Source: a virus | Reading direction: 5' to 3' (one strand) | DNA: 64,000 nt | Virus record (IMG/VR): IMGVR_UViG_3300011230_000030 | Location: 4,126 to 68,125 of that record | In this document: one piece after another, positions 37,929 to 47,002 of the stretch | Position numbering within the stretch: the stretch's first letter is position 1 | How the letters are laid out: each line of letters opens with the position of its first letter | Made by a program: the position numbers and the translations under genes | Notes under the pieces: model-generated | What the model was told of the DNA's origin: nothing | What the model saw: only the letters and a program-made list of their open reading frames with translations | Database searches by the model: none

Positions 37929-39134
37929 TCATCCGGCCCGCAGCTTCACCACGTTTCCATCGCGCAGGCCATCGAGGTAATCCGCCCACACCTGCATCAT
38001 CCGCACGCGCTCCTGCAGGTGCGATGTGCGGTTGTAGGCCCGACCGTTGGGATCCTTCACCGCGTGAGCAAGCTGGTGCTCGATGATGTCCGGGCGGAAG
38101 TGCAGGACCTCGTCCAGAATGGTGCGAGCCGTCGCGCGGAAGCCGTGGCCGGTCATCATCGTTCGGTCGTAACCCATGTTGCGAAGCGCTGCGGTAACGG
38201 CGTTCTCCGACATCGGGCGTTTGGGGTCGCGGGCCCCAGAGAACACCCACTTGTGCCGGCCGGTGATCGGCTTGATGTCCTCCAGGATCTGCAGCGCCTG
38301 TCTGGACAGCGGCACCAGGTGCGCAGCGCGCATCTTCATCTTGTTGGCGGGGATGGTCCACACGGCCGCGTCGAGGTCAAATTCCTCCCATTCCGCATGC
38401 CGCAGTTCTCCAGGACGCAGGAACACCAGCGGCGCCAGCCGCAGCGCCGAGCGGGTGATGGCAGAGCCGCTGTATGCCTCGATGGAGCGCAGCAGGCCTC
38501 CCAACTGCACGGGGTCGGTAATCGCCGCATGGTGGGCCTCCTTCGGTGGCGCGAGTGCTCCCTTCAGGTCGGCGACCGGGTTTCGCTCGGCGCGGCCAGT
38601 GGCCACGGCGTACCGCATGATCTGGCCGCAGTTCTGCATGATCCGGTGCGCGGATTCGATCGCGCCGCGGTCCTCAATGCGTCGGGCGACCCGGAGGAAG
38701 TCCGGCGCGGTGAGGTCGGCAACAGAGCGTGACCCGATCCAGGGGAAGACATCGTTCTTCATCCAGGCTTCGACCTTCTCCGCATAGCTGGGCACCCAGG
38801 GGCGCGTGGCCAGCCACTCATTGGCGATGGTCTCGAAGCTGTCCGATCCGAGGGCGGCGTGGGCGAGGGCGGCAGCCTTCTTCTGCGCGCCCGGGTCGAC
38901 GCCTCGGGCCAGCAGCCGGCGGGCTTCGTCGCGGGCCTCGCGGGCGCGCGCCAAGGAGACGTCCGGGTACAGCCCGATCGACAGCAGCTTTTCCTTGCCG
39001 GCGATGCGGTACTTCCAGCGCCAGCTGCGTGCACCGGTCGGGGTGAGGTAGAGGTACAGGCCGCCACCGTCGGTGATCTTCTGCGGCTTGTCGCTGGGCT
39101 TGGCGCGCCTGATGGCTGCGTCGGTCAGAGGCAT
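37929..39134 (-). CDS. int: P4-type tyrosine integrase of prophage 1
   Basis: MPLTD..IR.AKP...DGGGLYL, G.YP.VSLA.AR arm domain; RPGE, HGFR, QLAH, AYNR catalytic residues. Confidence 0.96.
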   Translation of the reverse strand: MPLTDAAIRRAKPSDKPQKITDGGGLYLYLTPTGARSWRWKYRIAGKEKLLSIGLYPDVSLARAREARDEARRLLARGVDPGAQKKAAALAHAALGSDSFETIANEWLATRPWVPSYAEKVEAWMKNDVFPWIGSRSVADLTAPDFLRVARRIEDRGAIESAHRIMQNCGQIMRYAVATGRAERNPVADLKGALAPPKEAHHAAITDPVQLGGLLRSIEAYSGSAITRSALRLAPLVFLRPGELRHAEWEEFDLDAAVWTIPANKMKMRAAHLVPLSRQALQILEDIKPITGRHKWVFSGARDPKRPMSENAVTAALRNMGYDRTMMTGHGFRATARTILDEVLHFRPDIIEHQLAHAVKDPNGRAYNRTSHLQERVRMMQVWADYLDGLRDGNVVKLRAG

Positions 39135-39231
39135 TGGGGGTATCGCTTCAGTGGGTGCGGTCGGATACCCCTTGATATACCCCCACCGTCTCATGGATTG
39201 AAACGGATTGCCCCGGTCTGCTGCGGACAAT

Positions 39232-39274
39232 AAAAAAGCCCGGAAACCCTTGTGATGCGGGGGTTTCCGGGCTT
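39232..39274 (-). terminator. Terminator downstream of ssrA
   Basis: Minus strand AAGCCCGGAAACCC...GGGTTTCCGGGCTT-TTTT. Confidence 0.8.
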
Positions 39275-39299
39275 CTCCGGTCCTTGACGAACCGTTCGT

Positions 39300-39653
39300 T
39301 GGTGGAGGTGGGCGGAATTGAACCGCCGTCCGAAGGCACTCCATCCCCAGCACTACATGCTTAGCTCACCGTTGGATCTCGTCCCCGAACAGCACGGTGC
39401 GCAAAGCGCATCCGGGAACCAGCCTGTTGTGTTCTAGTGCCGGACTGACAGGCAGCCGCCCAGCGCGATTCCATGATAGTGACTCTACACCGCGAGCATG
39501 GACACAAGCGGTTTCGAGGCTTAGGCCTTAAGCGGCCAGAGCGTAGTTGTCGTCGTTGGCAACTAGAGTTTTGCAGCTGGATTTACGAGGAAAGCTACCC
39601 CCTCGGCATGCGCCAGGCGACTTCACAACCCCCGTCGAAACCAATGCACCCCC
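39300..39653 (-). ncRNA. ssrA: tmRNA
   Basis: 5' GGGGGTG pairs with 3' CACCTCC-ACCA (G3-U70); T arm GGCGG-TTCAATT-CCGCC; tag ORF ANDDNYALAA* at 39528-39560. Confidence 0.98.
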
Positions 39654-39824
39654 GGTTTCTTCAAGTATTGCAAGGCTTTTGGGATCAATGCTGGCAAAAA
39701 GCTGGCACTGACCCTGCCCAACGAGGCGAATGGTACCCCAATCTTCCTGAACAGTCACGCGCCGCAACCGTGGCATAGGTTCGGCCCCAGAGCGGAAGAT
39801 CGGGCTCTCGACGGCAGAATTAGA

Positions 39825-40679
39825 TCAGGCGGCGACTCTCCCGTTCAACGTCGCGGGACACTTGAGCATTGGAGACAACACCAACAGTTCGGACGCCTTG
39901 CGCTTCACTTGCGCGTAATAGGTCAGCGCCTTTCGATAGGTTGGCATTCCTTCATACAGAGATTCGATTTGGGGTACATCGTCGTAGGTGAGCATCCATG
40001 GCACCTTCATGCCTCGAACGAGTTTGGCAAGACGGGCATGGTCTTCAGGGTTGTAGAAGCTCAGGTATAGGTCGCGTCCCTGAGAGTAGTAGGGTGGATC
40101 GATGTTGATCAGCCCTCTCTTGGGAAGAAGCTTTGCCCACTTCTTGAGGCAGTTCTCGGCGTCTAGCCGAGTTACCTGGATTACCTCGCGGTAGAGATGT
40201 ATCCGCTGGATCTTATGGACAAGATCTGACTTGTTAAAGCGGCAGTCTAGTTTGTAGTCACCCTCTTGTGCCTTGCCACCAATGACGCCGCCCTTGAGAA
40301 TGCCGGAGCGATTAGTCCGGTTAAGGAAGATCGTCGCGAATGCGAGCTCGGCAAGCCCCGCATTGCCATCTTGAAGAATGGCCCTCTGCTTGTGCCATTC
40401 ATCCATAGTGACTGCAGTCTTCTCGATTTGATTGCAGAGCTCATCTGGAAAATCGACAACGGTCTTCCAGAACGCATAGATTGCGGGATCGATATCGTTG
40501 AGCCAGACCTCTGTCATATCGCCGTTCAGTAGAAGGCGCCAAGCAATGCCGGCTCCTCCGGCAAATGGCTCGGCATACACGCCCCCGTAGACGCTGTTTG
40601 CGCGAGCGATGTCAACCACGAGAGGGGCAAGCTGAGTCTTGCCCCCAGGATATCTGAGCGGGGAATCGGTAACTGGCAT
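39825..40679 (-). CDS. DNA adenine methyltransferase (D12/Dam-like)
   Basis: SPLRYPGGK, YAEPFAGGAG (motif I), NRTNRSG, IDPPYY (motif IV). Confidence 0.93.
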   Translation of the reverse strand: MPVTDSPLRYPGGKTQLAPLVVDIARANSVYGGVYAEPFAGGAGIAWRLLLNGDMTEVWLNDIDPAIYAFWKTVVDFPDELCNQIEKTAVTMDEWHKQRAILQDGNAGLAELAFATIFLNRTNRSGILKGGVIGGKAQEGDYKLDCRFNKSDLVHKIQRIHLYREVIQVTRLDAENCLKKWAKLLPKRGLINIDPPYYSQGRDLYLSFYNPEDHARLAKLVRGMKVPWMLTYDDVPQIESLYEGMPTYRKALTYYAQVKRKASELLVLSPMLKCPATLNGRVAA

Positions 40680-40734
40680 GAGTGCACCTTAGCGAAAAGT
40701 TGAGCTGTTGGCCAGCGCTGTAACACGCTGAATC

Positions 40735-42108
40735 TCAAGGTTTTCCGCCTTCAAGGTGATCGAGCATTGCCTCTAGCGAAGGACGCCAGGTGTCGAAGTG
40801 CTTCTTGAGGTCGTTGGCGGTGGGTATGGTGCCGCCGTGAACAGCGTGCCCGAGGCTGTGTAGGCTGTGACCTGTATGCATTGCGCCCGCCGCCTTCTCG
40901 AGATTTGTTAGAGCTTTGCCTGTGACACCAGACTTTTTAAGCTCGTCTGCGCAGGCTTGCGTCAGCGCTGCATCAGTCATGCCGGGTCTGTGCTTTCTGA
41001 CGCTCTTGGCATATAGCGTCATCACTTGCTCCACCAACGCGCGGAGCAGATAGTTGCCGCTGAAGGTGAAATCGTTCAGTTCCAGCTCCAATCCTTCACG
41101 TCGAAGACGAGCCAGGATCGGATCCTTGTAGCTGATACGAAAATCTGTAGGAATCAGTCGTTTTCGTGTATCCGGATGCGCTGCGCTCCGCTTCTGAGGT
41201 CCTGTCTTAGAGTTCTCAGGCTGAGTTCTGAGCTTCGTTGCCGCAGGGGGAGCGTGTGGGCGGTCAAGAAGAGTGGACGGCGCGACTCCCTGGGCTTTCA
41301 GTTCGTGGGCATAGTTCAAGCGATCCGAGCTGCTTGAGCGCGAGTGCACTCTGTAGCTGCCATCCTCCGCTGGAGTCAGGCTGTCTTCCACCAGGCGCAA
41401 CAGTGCACCGTCGACTTCATCAACGTCGTGTGTATAGATAAGTTCGCGATTGCTTCCAAGACCAAGGATGGCTCGGACTCCAGGGGTTCCTAGGTAGCGT
41501 GTTATCGTCGTAAGGTTGACCTGTTTCCGTTGCTGTGGAGTGAGCGCCCCCCGCGCAACTAGTCGATCCAGAACGCTCACTGCTAGGGTATTCGCGTGAG
41601 CTGCAGCGCCTTTGCTCCCGCCAGCCGCGCGATTCTGCTGAGTAGCTGTCCAGTCTTTGGTGCCCGCGCCACCTTGAGCCCCTAGGTGCCGCAACTGAAT
41701 CCATTGCTGCGCCTCTGCTTCGTCGGCGAAGACGAAAACCTTGACCTCTTTGGGCAGGTTGGCTCTGGAGGAAAGTGCACGAAGCTGCGGCCGTATTGCG
41801 TCTGGAGCCCTGGAAGGGTCATTGGCCACAATGAGTGCGCAGGTGCGTCTGTTCCCCTCCACAGAAACGAAATGCCCTGGGTTTCCTTCCATAGGGATGA
41901 CCCCCAGGACTTCCAGCGGACTGAGCGCCCCCCTTTCAACGATGTCCTTTGCGAGCTCCGCGATCAGTTCATCATCGCAGAGAGCCGCAATAGCCTCTGC
42001 CTCGCTTGATACCGGCTCATGCCGTGGATTGTTGAGATTGAGGTGGAGCCTGCTTACCGCGATGCGTTGATCGCCGAGTTGTTCTTGCGCTTGATTCTGA
42101 TTACTCAT
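40735..42108 (-). CDS. ParB/Srx-like N-terminal domain protein with helical (possibly HEPN-like) C-terminus
   Basis: L...NPRH, I...G, VEGNRR.CAL; C-terminal LLRALVE...L...VH. Confidence 0.75.
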   Translation of the reverse strand: MSNQNQAQEQLGDQRIAVSRLHLNLNNPRHEPVSSEAEAIAALCDDELIAELAKDIVERGALSPLEVLGVIPMEGNPGHFVSVEGNRRTCALIVANDPSRAPDAIRPQLRALSSRANLPKEVKVFVFADEAEAQQWIQLRHLGAQGGAGTKDWTATQQNRAAGGSKGAAAHANTLAVSVLDRLVARGALTPQQRKQVNLTTITRYLGTPGVRAILGLGSNRELIYTHDVDEVDGALLRLVEDSLTPAEDGSYRVHSRSSSSDRLNYAHELKAQGVAPSTLLDRPHAPPAATKLRTQPENSKTGPQKRSAAHPDTRKRLIPTDFRISYKDPILARLRREGLELELNDFTFSGNYLLRALVEQVMTLYAKSVRKHRPGMTDAALTQACADELKKSGVTGKALTNLEKAAGAMHTGHSLHSLGHAVHGGTIPTANDLKKHFDTWRPSLEAMLDHLEGGKP

Positions 42109-42272
42109 CGATATGTCCCCCTGTGAACAATACGTTCACAAATACTGCCAGCTTGTTAACAAGGTTTATGTAGGTGTTTTCCTACATGGCGTTCTAGGGG
42201 AATGGGTGACAGGTTGATCGCGGCGGCCGGGGGCGTGGGAGCCCAAGATTCTGCACGGGAGGAGTCCGGTGG

Positions 42273-43448
42273 CTACTGTCCAGCATCACCTGCGTGAAGT
42301 AGCGACCAAACTGCTGCCGCCTTGGCTCCGGCATCCGGAACCATCGAAGGGATCCACCGGCCGTACTTCTTGGCGGTGATCGTCCAGTCGCGGTGCCCCA
42401 TCTGCCTCGCCACCCACATGACGTTCTCGCCGGCGCTGAGCGCGTGGGAGGCGAAGGTGTGGCGCATCTGATACGGATACCGGTACCGGACGCCGGCCTT
42501 GCGCAGCGCGCGCTGCCACTCGCCGGCGCGGATGCTCTGGTCGGACCCCCACCGGGCGTTCGTCCTGGGATCGTGGAAGACGAACTCGCCGGCGGTGGCC
42601 GTATGAGCGCGCTGGGCCTTCAGGGCATCGATCGCCGGCTGCAGCAGCTGCACCTCGCGCACGCCGGACTCTGTCTTAGGTGCCTTCATCTTGCCCATGA
42701 CCCATGCGCGCCGGATCTTGACCGTGCCCTTGCGCCAATCGATGTCCGACCAGCAGAGGCCAATCATTTCCGAGGTCCGCAGGCCCGTGGCGAAGTTGAG
42801 CTGGCAGTAGTTGCGCACCTGGTCCTCGCGGCAGGCGGCCAGGATCGCCTGGACTTCCTCCGGGGTGAAAGGGTCGACCTCTTCACGAGCGTTGGCCTTG
42901 GCGCGCCGCCTCACCCTGAATCCATCGAGGGGATTGCTGGGGATCAGGTCGTCGGCGACGGCCTCGTCCAGGGCGCCGCGGAGCGGGCCCAGGACGTTGT
43001 TGATGCGCTTGGCCGAAGTCGACTCGTCGAACGTGGCCACCAGCTCCTTCAGGCTGATACGGTCGAAGTCACGCAGCGCGATCGCTCCGCACCGCGGCAC
43101 CAGGATGTTCTCGACGATGCGCCGGTAGCCGATCAGGCTGCTGTGCTCGAGCTCGGGCTCTTTCTGCGCCAGCCACCGGGTCAGCACCTGCTCCAGGTTG
43201 TCCAAGGCTGCAGGGCGCGTGGCGACCTGACGGGCACGCTTGCTGTTGGGAAAGTGCGCGGCGTAGTCGAACGTGCCTTTCTCGATCTCGATCTTGATCT
43301 GGCCAAGCAGGTTTTCGCAGTACCGCAGGTTCCGTGCGGTTGGGGGCAGCTTCAGTCGTTCGCGGCAGCGCTTGCCGCGGTAGTGGAACGTTATCTCGAT
43401 GCTGCCTTGTGAAACTGGCCGGACGCCGCTTTGCCTTGGACTACCCAC
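42273..43448 (-). CDS. int: Tyrosine integrase of prophage 2 (DUF3596-type arm domain)
   Basis: SIEI.F.YRG.RCRE.L, TGLRTSE, YQMRHTFAS, QMGH, KYGRWI; GTG start overlapping xis. Confidence 0.93.
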   Translation of the reverse strand: MGSPRQSGVRPVSQGSIEITFHYRGKRCRERLKLPPTARNLRYCENLLGQIKIEIEKGTFDYAAHFPNSKRARQVATRPAALDNLEQVLTRWLAQKEPELEHSSLIGYRRIVENILVPRCGAIALRDFDRISLKELVATFDESTSAKRINNVLGPLRGALDEAVADDLIPSNPLDGFRVRRRAKANAREEVDPFTPEEVQAILAACREDQVRNYCQLNFATGLRTSEMIGLCWSDIDWRKGTVKIRRAWVMGKMKAPKTESGVREVQLLQPAIDALKAQRAHTATAGEFVFHDPRTNARWGSDQSIRAGEWQRALRKAGVRYRYPYQMRHTFASHALSAGENVMWVARQMGHRDWTITAKKYGRWIPSMVPDAGAKAAAVWSLLHAGDAGQ

Positions 43449-43669
43449 TCTTCGTACCCCTCCAAATCGATCAGGTTTCTTCCATCGGGCGCCTTGATGA
43501 ACACCGCGCCTTCCAACCAATCGCCACGCTTGATCTTCGAGTTGGTGGCGTCGACCGTGTAGCCGGTCAGCGCCTCGAACTGCTTGAGCGTCACGTATCG
43601 GACCGGGCGCAGGTTCGCGGGGGATGCGGCCCTCAACAATCCTCGCGCTGAGGGGGCGTGGCTACTCAT
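43391..43669 (-). CDS. xis: Excisionase
   Basis: YVT..QF..LTGYT..A...KI..G.W.EG....KAPDG..LID..GY..WV; immediately upstream of int. Confidence 0.82.
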   Translation of the reverse strand: MSSHAPSARGLLRAASPANLRPVRYVTLKQFEALTGYTVDATNSKIKRGDWLEGAVFIKAPDGRNLIDLEGYEEWVVQGKAASGQFHKAASR

Positions 43670-43892
43670 TGGACACTACCTGCAGGCTCCAGAGGACCGA
43701 CGGGCGCTCGTCGGGGCCGTGGAAGGGCGCGCGCCGCACGCGGCCGGTCTTGGCCAGCTGGTGCAGGTAGCTGCTGACCCGGTTCGAAGGTAGCTGCAGT
43801 TCCGCGGCCAGCTCGCCGGCCAGGGCCGGCCCCTCCTGCAGTAGCTGCAGGATCCGGGTGGAGGTGCAGCCTGTGATCGTTGCGTTACTCAT
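43662..43892 (-). CDS. Small winged-HTH protein
   Basis: ILQLL..GP....ELA..L......VS.YL..L...G.V. Confidence 0.65.
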   Translation of the reverse strand: MSNATITGCTSTRILQLLQEGPALAGELAAELQLPSNRVSSYLHQLAKTGRVRRAPFHGPDERPSVLWSLQVVSNE

Positions 43893-44013
43893 CGAAAGTC
43901 TCCTGGCCTGCCTGCGGCTTCCAGCAGTTGGTGTTCGCCAATACGGATGAGTTCCTGCTTCCAGTGAGCCGAGGTCGTGGCAGAATTCCAGTAATCGCTA
44001 AGGGGATTTGACT

Positions 44014-44661
44014 ATGGATTGGTGGCTTGGCTTCAGTCAGTGCTGGCCCATGGGCGAGGTGTGCACCATCGATTGGGATGCATGGGCGGTTGTGGCCACC
44101 CTTGTCACGATTTACATAGCCTGGCTTTCGGCTTTGGTCACTGCTCTTTCCGCTGCCGCTGTTTTTTGGCTTGGCAAGCAAGCCAATTCCGTAGCGACTG
44201 CATCCCACCGCATCGCCACGGCCTCCCATGAAATTGCCCAGGCCGAAAGGTCGCGAGAGGCGCACTTGATCCTTGCATACCTCTATTCGGAGGTTCTGGA
44301 CACGTACTCCAGCATCGAAGGATGGCTTCAGCAGGCCAATGCGGTGGAGGCGCATTTTCTCGGGATGAACGATACGGAGCGGCGACAGGTTCTTGATGGA
44401 CTTGGCCCTCTCGCTATGCCTCAGACAGAGGCCATCTTCGGTAGACTCCACGTCGTTGACGAGGAAGTGGGTGGCCGGTTGGCTCGTGCTCTGGGAACCC
44501 TGAAGATTCTGCGGCTTGCGCGCGAGCCGATGTTTCGCCTGCAGAACGACGATGAAGGCCGCGTGCGAGTTTGCGCAGTAATTCGCTACGTTCGAAGCCT
44601 TCGTGACGATCTGCGGGTCGTGAACGAGGCTGGGATGGAGGCAAACCGGCCTGTGGCCTAG
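44014..44661 (+). CDS. Antisense moron: N-terminal transmembrane protein
   Basis: Opposite to operon; TGG-CAGAAT extended -10 and AAGGGG RBS; DWDAWAVVATLV...VFWLG hydrophobic segment. Confidence 0.75.
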   Translation: MDWWLGFSQCWPMGEVCTIDWDAWAVVATLVTIYIAWLSALVTALSAAAVFWLGKQANSVATASHRIATASHEIAQAERSREAHLILAYLYSEVLDTYSSIEGWLQQANAVEAHFLGMNDTERRQVLDGLGPLAMPQTEAIFGRLHVVDEEVGGRLARALGTLKILRLAREPMFRLQNDDEGRVRVCAVIRYVRSLRDDLRVVNEAGMEANRPVA

Positions 44662-44671
44662 GTGCAAGATG

Positions 44672-44746
44672 CTAGCCATGCGACCTCTGGCCGACCAAGC
44701 CGGCGCGCACCATGGCACCGTTGAACAGGATGGGAAGCTCACGCAT
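44672..44746 (-). pseudogene. Truncated N-terminus of an ASCH-like phage gene
   Basis: MRELPILFNGAMVRA matches the common phage MKE.PILF...MVRAIL start, then breaks at the moron. Confidence 0.55.
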
Positions 44747-45479
44747 GGGCGGCCTCCGCCAGCGGTGCCGGCGCGGCAATGTCGCCGGGCAGGCCTGTCG
44801 GTTCGGCTGCGCCGGCGGCATCGTCGTAGGCGCGGATCGTGCGGGCGATTGCGTACAGGCGCCAGAGGAAGTGGAACGTGTACTGCTGCAGGGACGATGC
44901 GTATTCCCAGGCGTCGGTGATCCGGAAGTCGCTGTAGTCCGGGTCGTTCGGCCTGAAGTCCGACATGGCACTGATCGCGTTGCTCAGGGCATCGTGATCT
45001 TCCGAGTCGTTCAGCACCTCGAGCTCGAGCTCCTGCCACAGCCGGGCGACCCATTCCGGAGTCGACGTGTCCGGATCCGCCAGGTCGTCTGGGTCCACGC
45101 GTTCCTCGACGTGTTCCTTGAACAGGCGCGTCACCAAGTCGCGGAAGAGGCGTGCGCTGAATTCCTGCTTCGCGCCGTCGTTGGCCACGCACTTTTCGGC
45201 CCAGTAGCCGTCGTTCACGAACAGGCCACCGGCCTTTTCATGCTCCGCAGGCTTGGCGCGGAAGAACTCGAACATGTCGTGCAGGCGGCTGAAAACTGCG
45301 GTGCCCATGTCGCCGGAGATCGCCAGGTGGCCGGGCCAGGTGACGATGTCGAAGCCGTAGCAGTAGGTACCAGGGCGCCGGAACTGCAGGTGGCGGTGCA
45401 CGCCGTCGTCGACCACGATCCGCAGCTCATGGGTGGCCGTATCGGCGAGGAAGCGAGGGAGGACGTCACTGCGGTTCAT
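44739..45479 (-). CDS. Hypothetical phage protein
   Basis: GGAG RBS; DDG.HRHL.F, TWPG.L.I.GD.G, DMF.FFR, YWAEK. Confidence 0.75.
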   Translation of the reverse strand: MNRSDVLPRFLADTATHELRIVVDDGVHRHLQFRRPGTYCYGFDIVTWPGHLAISGDMGTAVFSRLHDMFEFFRAKPAEHEKAGGLFVNDGYWAEKCVANDGAKQEFSARLFRDLVTRLFKEHVEERVDPDDLADPDTSTPEWVARLWQELELEVLNDSEDHDALSNAISAMSDFRPNDPDYSDFRITDAWEYASSLQQYTFHFLWRLYAIARTIRAYDDAAGAAEPTGLPGDIAAPAPLAEAAHA

Positions 45480-45675
45480 GGGTATCTCCGGACTGTGCGG
45501 GCGAGGCCTGGGCGGCCTTCAGGGCGGTTTGCCAAGCGGGTATCGGGCTGTCGTCGGCGCCGAGCAGCTGCAGCAGGCCGGGCCGATGGCCAGCGGCGAT
45601 GCGGCCGCCGGCGAGCAGAACCAGCAGCACCTGCGACTTTTTCGTTAGCGGATCTTGGCGAGGGCTGGTGCTCAT
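45466..45675 (-). CDS. Hypothetical phage protein
   Basis: ATGA-coupled small ORF. Confidence 0.45.
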   Translation of the reverse strand: MSTSPRQDPLTKKSQVLLVLLAGGRIAAGHRPGLLQLLGADDSPIPAWQTALKAAQASPAQSGDTHEPQ

Positions 45676-46037
45676 ACCTTCCAGCCCTCGTGCTTCGCGG
45701 CAAGGCGGTGCAGGGCGGCCACCTCAAGGCCCAGCGCGATTGCGAGCTTGGTCACCTGCCACGGTTGAAGCGCCCTTTTCCCGCGGGTCTTTGACAGCCG
45801 TTGGCGCAGCGAATCCGGCTTCATTCCCACCAGCGGCGCAAGGCGAGTGAGGGGAATTCCGCAGTCCCAGGCGCGCAGCTTGATGGCACCAGCAAGGGTT
45901 GTCGGGTCGTATCGATGCTGACGCGGGACATGGCGAACGTTGATGACCCTGCCATCGACGATCTCCGCCACGGAGGTGAGGTCGGGGCCATTGGCCATGT
46001 CGCAGCCCTCGATTGCTACGGCGCGATCTGCGGTCAT
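45672..46037 (-). CDS. HTH-like phage protein
   Basis: LTRLAPLVGMKPDSLRQRL segment. Confidence 0.55.
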   Translation of the reverse strand: MTADRAVAIEGCDMANGPDLTSVAEIVDGRVINVRHVPRQHRYDPTTLAGAIKLRAWDCGIPLTRLAPLVGMKPDSLRQRLSKTRGKRALQPWQVTKLAIALGLEVAALHRLAAKHEGWKV

Positions 46038-46039
46038 CG

Positions 46040-46753
46040 TCAGCGCCTCTGGTCGGCCGGCACTGTGGGGAGCTGCTGCCGCGCGCGCTGCCGAACCGCT
46101 TCCTTCCGGAAGAACTCGCGGTGCTCGATCTTCTGACCGCGGATTCGGAAGCCCCAGCTGTGCGCGCGCGGCGGTAGGGTCAGCACCACCGTCCAGGTGC
46201 CTTCGGCCTGCAGGTCCTCGGCCAGCGCGATGCGATGCCAGCCCTCAGCACGGCGGAACAGCAGCTGGCCAGCGCCATACCAGGTCGACGAGTACGGTTC
46301 CTCGGCGATCGCCGAGGGCAGCGCGTCCGGTACCGCCGGCAGCGGCCCGTCGAAGGGGCGATGCTCGAAGTACCCGCCGCGCAGAATCAGGCTGAAGAAG
46401 GACCAGGGGTGGTCGTGGAAGACGCCGCCGTGGTCGCTGCTGCGGATGTGGTGCAGGCGCAGGGCCAACCAGGGCCGGGGCTGGCCACGGTCGTCGACGC
46501 CGCCGCGGCCGATACGCAGCAGCCAGAAGCGGTCCATGTACGGCGTGCCATCGGCGTTGACCAGGTGGAAGTAGGGCGTGCGGGTGCCGCGCTGGATCAG
46601 TGCAGTGGCAACGCGATCCAGCACGCGCCGGCCCACAGTGCGGTGCGGCGCCTGCAGATCCATGTAGCTGCCGCAGCGGCCGCACGATTCCATATCCGGC
46701 CAGTCGCGGGCGCAGCCGAACAGGGCGCAGATGAAGGCGCGCACCCGGCTCAC
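46040..46753 (-). CDS. Cupin-like phage protein with N-terminal Cys cluster
   Basis: LHH...SD....HDHPW.F.S.IL.GGY.E; R.A...HRI. Confidence 0.7.
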   Translation of the reverse strand: MSRVRAFICALFGCARDWPDMESCGRCGSYMDLQAPHRTVGRRVLDRVATALIQRGTRTPYFHLVNADGTPYMDRFWLLRIGRGGVDDRGQPRPWLALRLHHIRSSDHGGVFHDHPWSFFSLILRGGYFEHRPFDGPLPAVPDALPSAIAEEPYSSTWYGAGQLLFRRAEGWHRIALAEDLQAEGTWTVVLTLPPRAHSWGFRIRGQKIEHREFFRKEAVRQRARQQLPTVPADQRR

Positions 46754-46996
46754 GGCAGCTCGCCCTTGTAGGTCGCGACCAGGCCGTCGGCGGCGGTCAG
46801 CGTGCCGGCCTCGATCTGGCGCTGGCGGCGGGCGCGCTCAGCCCGGCCGCCGCCGGCCGGTGCCCAGGTGGTGCGATGGCGTGCTGGCATGCGGCGGACA
46901 GGGGCGGCGCGCGCTGCGCGCTGCGGCTGGGCCAGTAGGGCAGCCAGTAGGACGTCGAGGGACAAGCGGCCAGTGCTGAGACGATGCGGGTTCATG
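46750..46996 (-). CDS. Hypothetical phage protein
   Basis: GAGG RBS; coupled to downstream gene. Confidence 0.45.
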
Positions 46997-47002
46997 GAGA
47001 CC

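Larger units (their letters stand above)
1..39330. mobile_element. Prophage 1 (lambdoid early region, podovirus-type virion genes), integrated at the 3' end of ssrA; left end outside window
   Basis: Contiguous recombination, immunity, replication, lysis, packaging, head and short-tail genes, ending in a P4-type integrase directly downstream of the tmRNA 3' end. Confidence 0.93.

Noticed and set aside
34085-37929. Diversity-generating retroelement, considered because the virion module is BPP-1-like
   Set aside because: No reverse transcriptase motif, no avd-like gene and no TR/VR repeat pair visible near the fibre genes
39135-39353. N-terminal extension of integrase 1 to 39353
   Set aside because: Would run through the tmRNA 3' end and terminator; family homology starts at MPLTD (39134)
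39473-39778. ORFs 39473-39778 (+) and 39528-39776 (-)
   Set aside because: Lie over the tmRNA gene; the minus ORF is just the tag reading frame extended upstream
43449-43520. Longer start for integrase 2
   Set aside because: Extends deep into the excisionase gene; GTG at 43448 has a GAAGAG RBS-like sequence and fits the arm-domain start
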